The translations under genes and the position numbers were made by a program. The notes under the pieces are model-generated. The model made no database searches, was not told the origin of the DNA, and was given only the letters and a program-made list of their open reading frames with translations. DNA of 64,000 nt, from NCBI GenBank assembly GCA_043814545.1, contig JBDRJY010000011.1, positions 13,013 to 77,012 on the forward strand, in the 5' to 3' direction. Below, piece after piece: positions 20,764 to 30,014 of this stretch (position 1 is the stretch's first letter; every line of letters starts with the position of its first letter). This DNA is from an archaeon. Its GTDB lineage: Archaea; Nanobdellota; Nanobdellia; SCGC-AAA011-G17; GW2011-AR17.

Positions 20764-21726
20764 TTAATCTGATCTTTCATATTGTACTTCGATTATTGAA
20801 CCGTAGTCAGGAACATGATCCTGTTCAAAAATAACTGCATTAGGACCTTCCTCATAATCCCATGTGTAAAATTCAGGATAACTGTCGACGTAAACATCTA
20901 TTGTACCTAAAACTGGATTATGGCTTAAGTAAAAAGTATCTTCCAAGCCTAACAACATGTTATCCAAATCATTTACCAAATCTAAAACCCAGTCCCATTG
21001 TTCAATGTTATACATTTTTCCGCCAGTATCGTTAGCTAACCACGGATAATCAGTGTCAAAGTTTCCTACAACATGAACGTATGCGTCAGTAGGATCTGCC
21101 TTAAGATCATTCTCGTACCAGTCAATAAAATCTCCTAAACTTATTTCTGAATTGTCTGGTTCGTCAGAAACAATTATTGTATGTAACTTTGAATTGTCCC
21201 TTAAGAAAAAATCATCGTCTTCAGTAACATTATAACCAGTTTCTTCTGTCAATGCTGCATAAATTGGTTGGCGACCCTTTTCGGTAGATGCACCGTTTGT
21301 TCCTAACCCAGCAACAGTTGTAAAGAATTTTAAAGCACCGTCAGGTGTTTCCGGTGTAATAACCTTAGGGTTACCTTGAAACCTTCCTGACTGAGTTGGA
21401 TCTTCCATATCAGTAGTTACTAAACCTAACCTATAATCAGCTCCAGAAGTGTCAAACCATCCAAGGAACTGTTGTAAATTGTAAGCTAATGCATTTTGGT
21501 CGTCAGACATGCTACATGAATTGTCTATAACCCAAAGAACATCAGTCGGTTGCTGATACTTGTCTTGTTCAAAAGTATCAGTTATTGTTTTACCATTAAC
21601 ATCTGTGTCAGTTGGCTGTGAAGTGTCTACTTCCTCAACTTTAGAAAGTTCATATTCAGTACAACCAGTAAAAGTAGCTGTGCCTAAAGCTAAGGCGCCT
21701 GCCAAGATTAGTCCTTTGAGATTCAT
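20764..21726 (-). CDS. VWA-domain lipoprotein
   Basis: Lipobox-like TFTG/C; DVLWVIDNSCSM MIDAS motif; IIVSDEPD. Confidence 0.85.
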   Translation of the reverse strand: MNLKGLILAGALALGTATFTGCTEYELSKVEEVDTSQPTDTDVNGKTITDTFEQDKYQQPTDVLWVIDNSCSMSDDQNALAYNLQQFLGWFDTSGADYRLGLVTTDMEDPTQSGRFQGNPKVITPETPDGALKFFTTVAGLGTNGASTEKGRQPIYAALTEETGYNVTEDDDFFLRDNSKLHTIIVSDEPDNSEISLGDFIDWYENDLKADPTDAYVHVVGNFDTDYPWLANDTGGKMYNIEQWDWVLDLVNDLDNMLLGLEDTFYLSHNPVLGTIDVYVDSYPEFYTWDYEEGPNAVIFEQDHVPDYGSIIEVQYERSD

Positions 21727-21840
21727 TGTGAATGAATTATAAAAAATATATTGTATATAAAGTTTATGATGGTTGTGCTTTATAGGTTATAAAGCTTAAG
21801 CAAAAAATTATATATACTAAAGGAATATTAAAAATTAACT

Positions 21841-23247
21841 ATGAAAGAAAAACTCAAAAAGATTAATAATTTTGAATGGCGGTTGCCTAAGACTGTACGT
21901 GAAGGCATGAATGTTGACGCTAAGATTATTGCTTCTAAAAAAATGCTTGAAGCTATTGAAGATGAAGCCGTTGAACAGTTAACAAATGTTGCAATGTTGC
22001 CAGGCGTTGTTGAACCTGTTATAGGTTTGCCTGACATGCACTGGGGTTATGGTTTGCCAATGGGTGCAGTTAGTGCTTTCGATGCTGAGAAAGGTATTAT
22101 TTCTGCAGGCCTTTGTGGTTTTGACATTGGATGCGGAATTAATTTGATTCGTACCAACTTAACTGTTAAAGAAGTTGAAGATAAAATGGAAAAGTTAGTT
22201 TCTGAACTGTTTAACCATATTCCTTGTGGTGTTGGTAGTAAAGGTAAATTAAAATTGGATAAAGAAAAGTTGAATGAAGTTTTGGTTAAAGGTGTTGACT
22301 GGGCTATTGCTAACGGTTATGGTACTGAAGATGATAAAAATCATTTGGAAGAAAAAGGTCGTATGGAAGGTGCAGACCCAAGTAAAGTTTCTGACTTGGC
22401 TAAACGTCGAGGAATGCAACAGTTAGGTACACTTGGTGCAGGTAACCATTTCTTAGAAGTGCAAAAAGTTTCTGAAATTTTTGACAAGAAAACAGCTAAA
22501 GAATGGGGAATTAATAGTAAAGATCAAGTTTTAATAATGTTACATTGTGGTTCAAGAGGTTTTGGCCATCAAGTTGCTACAGACTACTTGAAAATTCAGG
22601 AAAAAGCTGTGCAAAAGTATAACATTAAAGTTCCTGACAGACAACTTGCTTGCGCCCCAGCAAATTCCCAAGAAGGTCAAGATTATTTTGCTGCAATGAA
22701 ATGTGCAATTAATTATTCATTTACTAACAGATTTGTTATGACGCATTGGATTAGAGAAACCTTTGAAAAAGTTTTTGAAAAAACGTGGGAAGAAATGGAT
22801 ATGAAAACTGTTTATGGTTTATGTCATAATGTGGTTAAGTTAGAAGAACATGAAGTTAACGGTAAAAAGAAAAAACTTTATGTTCATCGTAAAGGTGCTA
22901 CCAGAAGTTTTGATAAACAGCCTGTTTTAATTGCTGGGTCAATGGGAACTTCATCCTATTTATGCGTTGGTACCAAGGAAGCTATGAAAGTTTCTTTTGG
23001 AAGTTCTGCGCATGGTGCTGGCCGTTTAATGTCTCGTAATAAAGCTATCAAAGAGTTTAGTGGCAATGAGATTCAGAAACAGTTGAAAGAGCATGGTACA
23101 ATTGTGCAAGCTACTCACCCTCGTTCACTTGCTGAAGAAGCGCCTGATGCTTACAAAGATGTTGACGAAGTTATTGAAAGTGTTCATGGTGCAAAAGTGT
23201 CTTTGAAAGTTGTACAGATGCTTCCTATCGGTGTGATTAAGGGTTGA
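21841..23247 (+). CDS. rtcB: RNA ligase RtcB (tRNA splicing)
   Basis: PDMHWGYG, GFDIGCG, GTLGAGNHFLE, HCGSRG, HRKGAT, HGAGR and EEAP.AYK motifs. Confidence 0.97.
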   Translation: MKEKLKKINNFEWRLPKTVREGMNVDAKIIASKKMLEAIEDEAVEQLTNVAMLPGVVEPVIGLPDMHWGYGLPMGAVSAFDAEKGIISAGLCGFDIGCGINLIRTNLTVKEVEDKMEKLVSELFNHIPCGVGSKGKLKLDKEKLNEVLVKGVDWAIANGYGTEDDKNHLEEKGRMEGADPSKVSDLAKRRGMQQLGTLGAGNHFLEVQKVSEIFDKKTAKEWGINSKDQVLIMLHCGSRGFGHQVATDYLKIQEKAVQKYNIKVPDRQLACAPANSQEGQDYFAAMKCAINYSFTNRFVMTHWIRETFEKVFEKTWEEMDMKTVYGLCHNVVKLEEHEVNGKKKKLYVHRKGATRSFDKQPVLIAGSMGTSSYLCVGTKEAMKVSFGSSAHGAGRLMSRNKAIKEFSGNEIQKQLKEHGTIVQATHPRSLAEEAPDAYKDVDEVIESVHGAKVSLKVVQMLPIGVIKG

Positions 23248-23347
23248 TAGGGTTTTGCCTTCGGCTGAGAATTTTGTTAAATCCGAAAATATGTTGTAAA
23301 TTTTTGAATAGCTTTTTTAAATTTATATTAAAATTCAATTATTTATA

Positions 23348-23563
23348 TGTGAAAAATATTATATTGATACGGCAATTTGGTGAGATTTATATGCAAATCG
23401 AGTAGATAAATTTAGACCGCTTGGAGAATGGGCTTTCGAATTGTTTAAAATGATAAGAAAAGAAAAAAGTAAAATATTATATTCCAATTTAATAATTAAT
23501 GAGCTTTCTAAAGGTTTTGATGAAAAAGAAATCGTTAAAATTTTTGGATTAATTCCTAAATAA
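23348..23563 (+). pseudogene. degraded PIN-domain (VapC-like) gene fragment
   Basis: Reads EKYYIDTAIW*DLYANRVDKFRPLGEWAFELFKMIRKEKSKILYSNLIINEL...; in-frame TGA, no in-frame start, truncated. Confidence 0.7.
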
Positions 23564-23749
23564 TTCTTAAAAAAATTTCATTAAATCAAACAATTAACAT
23601 ACAATCCAAAACACGATAAAAATCTAACTAATATTTTACATAAAAATCAATAAACACAAACCTCTAAGGCAAAGCCAATAACCAAAATATCACCGAAATT
23701 AATATAAATAAAAGAGGAATAGGGACTATATAGAAAAGAGGGAATATAA

Positions 23750-24406
23750 ATGCTTCAAGTACTAAAGAATTTTTTAGATTCATTAACAAAAAAACTGTTC
23801 AAAAAGAAAAAACATCTTAAGTTAGGTTTATACGGACCGCCTAATGCAGGTAAAACAACATTAGCTAACAGGATTTGTTATGATTGGTTAGGGATTCAAG
23901 AAGCTATGGGTACTGTTTCAAATGTTCCGCACGAAACTCGTGAAGTTAAAATACAAGAAAAAATTACAATCAAATCTAAAGGTAAACAAATTACCTTTAA
24001 CCTTGTTGATACCCCTGGTATCGCTACAAAAATTGATTATGAAGATTTCTTAAAATTCAAAACAGAAAATGGTGCTAAGTTTAACAAGAAAGATGCTAAA
24101 ATTCGAGCCAAGGAAGCAACCAAAGGTGTTATCGATGCAATAAAATGGCTGGATTCAATGGATTGTGTTATTGTTGTATTAGATTCAACTGAAAATCCTT
24201 ATTCACAAGTTAACATTACAATCATCGGTAACCTTGCTGCACGGAATATACCAGTATTAATCGTAGCTAACAAAGTCGACTTGAAAAAGTCTAACATTAA
24301 ACGTATCGAATCTGCATTCCCACAGTATCCTGTTGTAGGAATATCTGCAGCGCGAGGTAAAAACGTTGATAAATTTTATGATTCAGTATTCAAGGTGGTA
24401 AAATGA
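23750..24406 (+). CDS. Era-like small GTPase (OapA-like)
   Basis: GPPNAGKTT, DTPG, NKVD and SA motifs; first gene of a conserved three-gene set. Confidence 0.9.
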   Translation: MLQVLKNFLDSLTKKLFKKKKHLKLGLYGPPNAGKTTLANRICYDWLGIQEAMGTVSNVPHETREVKIQEKITIKSKGKQITFNLVDTPGIATKIDYEDFLKFKTENGAKFNKKDAKIRAKEATKGVIDAIKWLDSMDCVIVVLDSTENPYSQVNITIIGNLAARNIPVLIVANKVDLKKSNIKRIESAFPQYPVVGISAARGKNVDKFYDSVFKVVK

Positions 24407-24801
24407 CTTTAACATTACATTTTGTGCCGTTCCAAGAACTTGACCCTCTTGTATCAGAAGAAAAAATCGAAAAATTGCTAAGCATCGTTAAAAAAAATAA
24501 AGTTATTGTTATGCAAGGTCGATTGAAACCCTCAGAAGAAACACGACTTATCCAACGAACAATGGAAGAAGTTAGCAAAGAGTTCAAAGGGATTGAACTT
24601 TGTACCATTAAACCAGATAAAAAGAAAAATAAAGAATTTAAAGATATTTTAATGGACAGTGTTATGAAATTTTTAGTCGGTGAACGTGACGGGTTAACAA
24701 TTATTGGTCCTGCGACTGTTGTTAAGGAAATTAAACGTAACCCTGGCAAAATCGAGTTGTTAACATACGGCATAAAAAACGGAAAAAATAGGAGAAAATA
24801 A
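24403..24801 (+). CDS. DUF2073 family protein (OapB-like)
   Basis: GRLKPSEETRLIQRTM...FKGIE and GLTIIGPA motifs. Confidence 0.85.
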   Translation: MTLTLHFVPFQELDPLVSEEKIEKLLSIVKKNKVIVMQGRLKPSEETRLIQRTMEEVSKEFKGIELCTIKPDKKKNKEFKDILMDSVMKFLVGERDGLTIIGPATVVKEIKRNPGKIELLTYGIKNGKNRRK

Positions 24802-25176
24802 ATGCCACATCAATGTGTCAAATGCGGAACTATTTTTGAAGATGGTTCGCAAGAGTTGTTAACTGGTTGTAAATGTGGTGGTCGATTTTTCTTTTTTGTA
24901 AAAAAACAGGATATTGAGAAAGCTAAAGAAGTTACTATTAACCTTTCTGATCAAGAAAAAGAACAAATTGAACAGGATGTTTTCGATCTTATAGGAGAAG
25001 AAAACGCTGACAAACCAATTGTGCTTGACTTTGAATCTATTCGCATAATCAAACCTGGCAAATATGAAATTGATTTAGTAGATTTGTTTAAGGAAAAACC
25101 TTTGATTTTCAAGTTAGCTGAAGGAAAATATATGATAGACATAGATAGTACGTTTAAATCTGTCCGAAAAAAATAA
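24802..25176 (+). CDS. Zn-ribbon protein DUF2072 (OapC-like)
   Basis: MPHQCVKCG...GCKCGGRFF and ESIRIIKPGKYEIDL motifs. Confidence 0.88.
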   Translation: MPHQCVKCGTIFEDGSQELLTGCKCGGRFFFFVKKQDIEKAKEVTINLSDQEKEQIEQDVFDLIGEENADKPIVLDFESIRIIKPGKYEIDLVDLFKEKPLIFKLAEGKYMIDIDSTFKSVRKK

Positions 25177-25212
25177 TAATTCTTATATACTTTCAACTAA
25201 ACAGTTTTCTAA

Positions 25213-27087
25213 ATGGATTTTTTATTCCCGCATGAAATACCTAGGAAAATTCAAAATACTTTCATGAATCAGGTTTATGAAGTTATTAAAAACAAAAATA
25301 ATCTTTTAGTTCATGCACCTACAGGGATTGGAAAAACAGCTTCAGTTTTATCACCTGCCTTAAAATTTGCAAATGAAAATAGTAAAACTATCTTTTTCTT
25401 AACCTCTAGACATACTCAACATCTTATTGCAATTGAAACCCTCATGCAAACTAAGAAAAAGTTTAACATGAAACTTAACGTTGTTGATCTTATCGGAAAA
25501 AAATGGATGTGTAACCAGCCAAGTGTTAACATTCTTTCTTCTGGCGAATTTTCAGAATATTGTAAAGAGTTGCGAGAAAAAAATCGGTGTTTATATTTTC
25601 AAAAACTTAAGAATAAAGGTCAAAATTCTTTTGAAACTGAACGTGTTTTAGGAGAATTAAGAACGAAAAGCCCTCTACATGTTGAAGAAGTTAAAACCCT
25701 TTGCCATAACTCTAATGTTTGCGCGTACGAAATCTGTTGCCTGTTTGGAAAAGAAGCAACGGTTGTTATTGCTGATTATAACCATCTTCTAAACCCGCAC
25801 ATCCGAGATAATCTTTTGAAAAAAATGGAAAAAAATTTATCTGATATAATTGTAATTGTTGACGAAGCGCATAATTTACCAGCGAGGGCACGTAACGAAC
25901 TTACTTCTGACCTGTCTAGTTTTATTTTAGACCAAGCAATCAAGGAAGCAAGGAATTTGGATTACAAAGATGCAGCTAATTCTATCATGAAAATCCGTGA
26001 CGTGTTAACTGAACTTATCAACAAAAAAATTAGAATTGACCAAACTGAAGCTTTAGTTACAAAAGAAGATTTTTTTGATAAAATAGAAGAAGATGTTGAT
26101 AAAGTTATTATACAACTTATGCTGGTCACAGAAAAAGCGTTAGAAGTTAAAAAACGTAGTTTTGTCGGATCAGTTGCAATGTTTCTTAAAGCGTGGCAAG
26201 GCACGGACGACGGTTTTGCACGAATACTATCCCGAGACTTTAACAAATTTGGTAAAGTTGTAAACAATTTATCTTACAGATGCTTAGACCCTTCGTTAAT
26301 AATTTCTGATTTAGTTAACAACTCATACAGTTTTACTGCAATGAGCGGAACCTTAACACCGACAATAATGTACAAAGATCTTTTTGGTATGAAAGAGTCT
26401 AATACTGTTTTGATTGAATATGATAACCCTTTCCCTAAAGAAAATAGGTTAAACATTATCATACCAAGAACAACGACTAAGTTTACACAAAGGAACGAAA
26501 AAATGTATGAAGACATTGCGCAACATTGTGCTAACATAATTAACTCTGTCCCTGGAAACTCAGCAATATTTTTTCCTAGCTATAAAATCCTAGAAGATGT
26601 TTACAAATTTTTAAGAGAAAAAAGCGAAAAGACTATTTTCCAGGAAGAAAGCGGTTTAACCAAAGAAGCTAAAAACGAATTGATTGAAACTTTTAAATCG
26701 TACAACAAAACAGGTGCAGTTATCTTAGGTACGTCTGCCGGAAGTTTAGGCGAAGGTATCGATCTTCCAGGAGACCTGTTAAAAGCAGTAATTGTAGTAG
26801 GCTTACCATTAGGAAAACCGGATTTAGAAACTAAACAACTAATAGAATATTTTGACTCCAAATATGGGAAAGGATGGGACTATGGTTATATTTTTCCTGC
26901 TTTAATTAGATGCTTTCAAAATGCAGGCAGGTGTATTAGGTCTGAAACTGATAAAGGTGTCATAGCTTTCCTAGACGAACGTTATGTTTGGAAAAATTAT
27001 TTCAAATGTTTTCCCCATGACTGGAGCATGAAAATAATGGCTAAACCTGAAGGGAAAATCCAAGAGTTCTTCAACCAAAATTCTTAA
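25213..27087 (+). CDS. xpd: XPD/Rad3/DinG Fe-S DNA helicase
   Basis: HAPTGIGKT, four Fe-S Cys, DEAHN, SGTL, EGID and QNAGRCIRS motifs. Confidence 0.92.
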   Translation: MDFLFPHEIPRKIQNTFMNQVYEVIKNKNNLLVHAPTGIGKTASVLSPALKFANENSKTIFFLTSRHTQHLIAIETLMQTKKKFNMKLNVVDLIGKKWMCNQPSVNILSSGEFSEYCKELREKNRCLYFQKLKNKGQNSFETERVLGELRTKSPLHVEEVKTLCHNSNVCAYEICCLFGKEATVVIADYNHLLNPHIRDNLLKKMEKNLSDIIVIVDEAHNLPARARNELTSDLSSFILDQAIKEARNLDYKDAANSIMKIRDVLTELINKKIRIDQTEALVTKEDFFDKIEEDVDKVIIQLMLVTEKALEVKKRSFVGSVAMFLKAWQGTDDGFARILSRDFNKFGKVVNNLSYRCLDPSLIISDLVNNSYSFTAMSGTLTPTIMYKDLFGMKESNTVLIEYDNPFPKENRLNIIIPRTTTKFTQRNEKMYEDIAQHCANIINSVPGNSAIFFPSYKILEDVYKFLREKSEKTIFQEESGLTKEAKNELIETFKSYNKTGAVILGTSAGSLGEGIDLPGDLLKAVIVVGLPLGKPDLETKQLIEYFDSKYGKGWDYGYIFPALIRCFQNAGRCIRSETDKGVIAFLDERYVWKNYFKCFPHDWSMKIMAKPEGKIQEFFNQNS

Positions 27088-27125
27088 ATAACTTTAAATC
27101 TAATATAATATAAAGGTGATGATAA

Positions 27126-27695
27126 TTGGATGATGTTGTAAGAAAAGATCTCTTAACAGTTTTAAAAAAATCTATACCTGCAATAAAAAGTTGTGACGAA
27201 AACCAGTTAAAAATTCTTTCCAACCAAACAATACATAACGCTGGTTTATACCAAGATTCGAATTCTATATCTCTAGCAATAATAATGTACGCTTTCTCAA
27301 AAATTTTCAAAGAAAAAGAAAATGGAAGCCAAAAATGCCAAAAAATGATTAACATTCTCTTAAACAAAGTTCATAAAGCAATCGAAAATCTTAAACTGCA
27401 GCAAGATGTTAAGTATGAAGATACAATCAAAGAAATATTTCAAACCCTAAGCAAACTAGACAAAAAGTTTGGATTATACATAACCAATGTAATCAGTCAA
27501 GCTAAAATCAAGAAAGCGTCCAAAGTTTATGAACATGGTATTTCTGCAGGACGTGTAGCTGAACTGATGGGTGTTTCCCAGTGGGAACTTATGAGTTATC
27601 TAGGTAAAACGAAAATTACGGATATTATGCCGTTAATGACAATCACATCTATACAAAGGTTGAAAAATGCAAGAGGGATATTTGGTTTAAAATGA
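27126..27695 (+). CDS. hypothetical protein with C-terminal HTH (UPF0175-like, possible antitoxin)
   Basis: GISAGRVAELMGVSQWELMSYL; overlaps the downstream PIN gene. Confidence 0.65.
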   Translation: MDDVVRKDLLTVLKKSIPAIKSCDENQLKILSNQTIHNAGLYQDSNSISLAIIMYAFSKIFKEKENGSQKCQKMINILLNKVHKAIENLKLQQDVKYEDTIKEIFQTLSKLDKKFGLYITNVISQAKIKKASKVYEHGISAGRVAELMGVSQWELMSYLGKTKITDIMPLMTITSIQRLKNARGIFGLK

Positions 27696-28399
27696 AATCT
27701 ATAGTGTTTGACGCAGGGACAATAATTAGCCTTACAACTAACAACCTGTTATGGATCCTTGAACCGTTAAAAACAAAATATAAAGGAGAATTTTATATTC
27801 CGTTAAGCGTGAAACGAGAATTGATTGACAAACCGTTTAAAACGAAACGGTTTAAGCTTGAAGCTCTCCAAGTACTTTCAATAATCAATCGTGGTGTTCT
27901 TACTATATATGACGATAATCTTCTTAAAGTTGAAAAAGCACAGATTGCCAACCTTGCTAACAATATGTACCTAACCAAAAAACGACCATTAACAGTTGTG
28001 CACGAGGGTGAAGTTGCAGCTGTTGCAACTGCTTTACATTTGAAATCTGATGCCTTAGCAATAGATGAACGAACAATGAGAGTTCTTATTGAAGACCCAA
28101 CCTTACTTACAAAATTGTATAAACATAAGCTGCACATGAACATAAAAATTGATAAAAAAAATTTGAAAGCACTTGTTGACCTTGTACACAAAATAAAAGT
28201 TATTAGGTCAACTGAAGTAACAATGGTTGCATACGAGCTTGGTTTGTTAGATAATTGGATGAAAAAAAATGGCCAGATTGAGCGTAATTTGACAAAAGAG
28301 CTCTTAGACGGGTTTCTTTGGGGTTTGAAAATTAGAGGATGTTCAATTTCTAAGGAAGAAATTGCCGAATTGCTTAAATTCAAGGGTTTTAAGCTTTAA
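27692..28399 (+). CDS. PIN-domain protein (DUF3368-like)
   Basis: IVFDAGTII, V..EL, HEGEVAAVA and IDER acidic motifs. Confidence 0.75.
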   Translation: MKSIVFDAGTIISLTTNNLLWILEPLKTKYKGEFYIPLSVKRELIDKPFKTKRFKLEALQVLSIINRGVLTIYDDNLLKVEKAQIANLANNMYLTKKRPLTVVHEGEVAAVATALHLKSDALAIDERTMRVLIEDPTLLTKLYKHKLHMNIKIDKKNLKALVDLVHKIKVIRSTEVTMVAYELGLLDNWMKKNGQIERNLTKELLDGFLWGLKIRGCSISKEEIAELLKFKGFKL

Positions 28400-28529
28400 T
28401 TCTTACAAATTCTGTGTTTTGCACAGGTAGTTTTCCATAAACTATATAAATAGACGGTTTGTGAAAAACATTCAACCTATACGACTATTTCCCTATAGGA
28501 AAACTATGTATATGGGGGTACCTAAAAAA

Positions 28530-29837
28530 ATGAATAAAACACTAAAAGCACTTGGTATCATTATGCTTTTGCTGGTAAGTATGCTTGGAGTTACAAGCTT
28601 AGCTGCAGCTGATGCAAATGATGTTAAAGTGTTAAACGTTGAAATTAACGGTGTTGATATGCCTTCTACTGTTTCAGTAGAACTTGGCGAAACTATCGAC
28701 ATTGAAGTTGAACTTTGGAGTGAAGTCAACAATGCAGAAGACCTAAAAATTGAAGCTTGGGTTGGCGGTTACGAATACGATGATATTGAAGATACCACAG
28801 GTATGTTTGATGTTAAATCTGGCGTAACTTACACAAAAGACCTAAGTTTAAATATACCATCTGACATGGATGTAGAAAATAAAAACGAGTACACTTTGAA
28901 TCTTAGAATTTTTGACGGTGATTCAGTTGAATCATACGAATATGTTCTATTTATTGAAAGAGCTCGTCATACTTTGAACTTGTTAGACGTTGAATTTGAT
29001 TCAAATGTTAACGCTGGTGATGAGCTAGCAGTTGATGTAAGAGTTGAAAACTTCGGTGAAAACAAGGAAGAAGATATCCGTGTTGAAGCTGAATTAGTTG
29101 GCGTAGATTCTGATAGAGTTTACATTGACGAACTTGCAGCTTTCGAAGAAGATGGAGACGATGAACCAGAAAGTTCTGACTCAGCTAGTCTAACCTTAAA
29201 TGTTGGCGACGATGTTGTTTCAGGTGAATACGAGTTATTGGTTACTCTTACTTATAACAGAGGCCACGACAGTATGACTGAATCATACACCGTAACTGTT
29301 GACGGCGCAGAAGCTGCTGTTGCAGACAACGATGCTGTAACTGAAGTTACCGAAGGCACAATCATTGCGGTTGACTCAACCTCATTGAGCTTAGTTGCTG
29401 GTGAAGAAAACAGTTTGAAAGTATTGATTGCTAACCTAGGTTCAGAAAACGCTATGTACACTGTAGCTGTTTCCGGTACGCAACTATGGGCTGACTCTAC
29501 AGTTAGTTCAAGCTTTGTATCAGTTCCTGCTGGTCAAGTTGGGGAAGCTTATGTTTACCTAACTGCTAAAGACGATGCAGAAGCTGGCGACCATGTATTC
29601 ACTTTGCAAATTAGCGAAGGCAATGATTTGGTTGGCGAAGCAAGTTTGACTGCTACCGTAAGCGATGCTAACAATGCACTAAACGTTCTTGATAACGTTG
29701 GTTCAGCTTGGAAGTTAGCTTTCGTAGGTTTGATTGTTTTAATTATTGTTGTTGGTTTATTCCTAGCATTTAGGAAAATGAACAACGATGATGAAGACTA
29801 TCCTTTAGAACCTAAAGACGGTCAGACCTATTACTAA
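28530..29837 (+). CDS. acidic surface / putative S-layer protein with Ig-like domains and C-terminal TM anchor
   Basis: Signal peptide from ATG 28530 (GGGGGT RBS); beta-rich repeats (VRVENFGENKEEDI); C-terminal TM followed by a ...GQTYY tail. Confidence 0.75.
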   Translation: MNKTLKALGIIMLLLVSMLGVTSLAAADANDVKVLNVEINGVDMPSTVSVELGETIDIEVELWSEVNNAEDLKIEAWVGGYEYDDIEDTTGMFDVKSGVTYTKDLSLNIPSDMDVENKNEYTLNLRIFDGDSVESYEYVLFIERARHTLNLLDVEFDSNVNAGDELAVDVRVENFGENKEEDIRVEAELVGVDSDRVYIDELAAFEEDGDDEPESSDSASLTLNVGDDVVSGEYELLVTLTYNRGHDSMTESYTVTVDGAEAAVADNDAVTEVTEGTIIAVDSTSLSLVAGEENSLKVLIANLGSENAMYTVAVSGTQLWADSTVSSSFVSVPAGQVGEAYVYLTAKDDAEAGDHVFTLQISEGNDLVGEASLTATVSDANNALNVLDNVGSAWKLAFVGLIVLIIVVGLFLAFRKMNNDDEDYPLEPKDGQTYY

Positions 29838-29873
29838 AAAGGTTTTTTACCTTTTTTTTTCTTTTTTTATTTT
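29838..29873 (+). terminator. oligo-T archaeal-type terminator
   Basis: Short aaaaggtt..ccttt palindrome then long T runs right after the stop. Confidence 0.55.
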
Positions 29874-30014
29874 GATTTTAGCCTTTGGCTATATGCATTA
29901 AATATTCTGTTTATTAAAAATATAGTCTTAATTCATTTAAACCATACCTCCTTCAACCATAATTCTTATATATAACAAAATCCATTCTCTTATGTATAAA
30001 AAGGAGGTTAACCT

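Noticed and set aside
21790-21810. Possible degenerate reverse repeat copy closing the VWA gene cassette
   Set aside because: Too divergent (aaagcttaagcaaaaaatt) to separate from AT-rich background
23381-23383. In-frame TGA as evidence of recoding or selenocysteine
   Set aside because: TGA ends many intact genes in this window, and the fragment also lacks a start and its 3' half
27793-28383. 196-aa minus-strand ORF, and similar ones at 12101-12571, 24390-24773 and others
   Set aside because: Antisense to well-supported genes and carry no motifs
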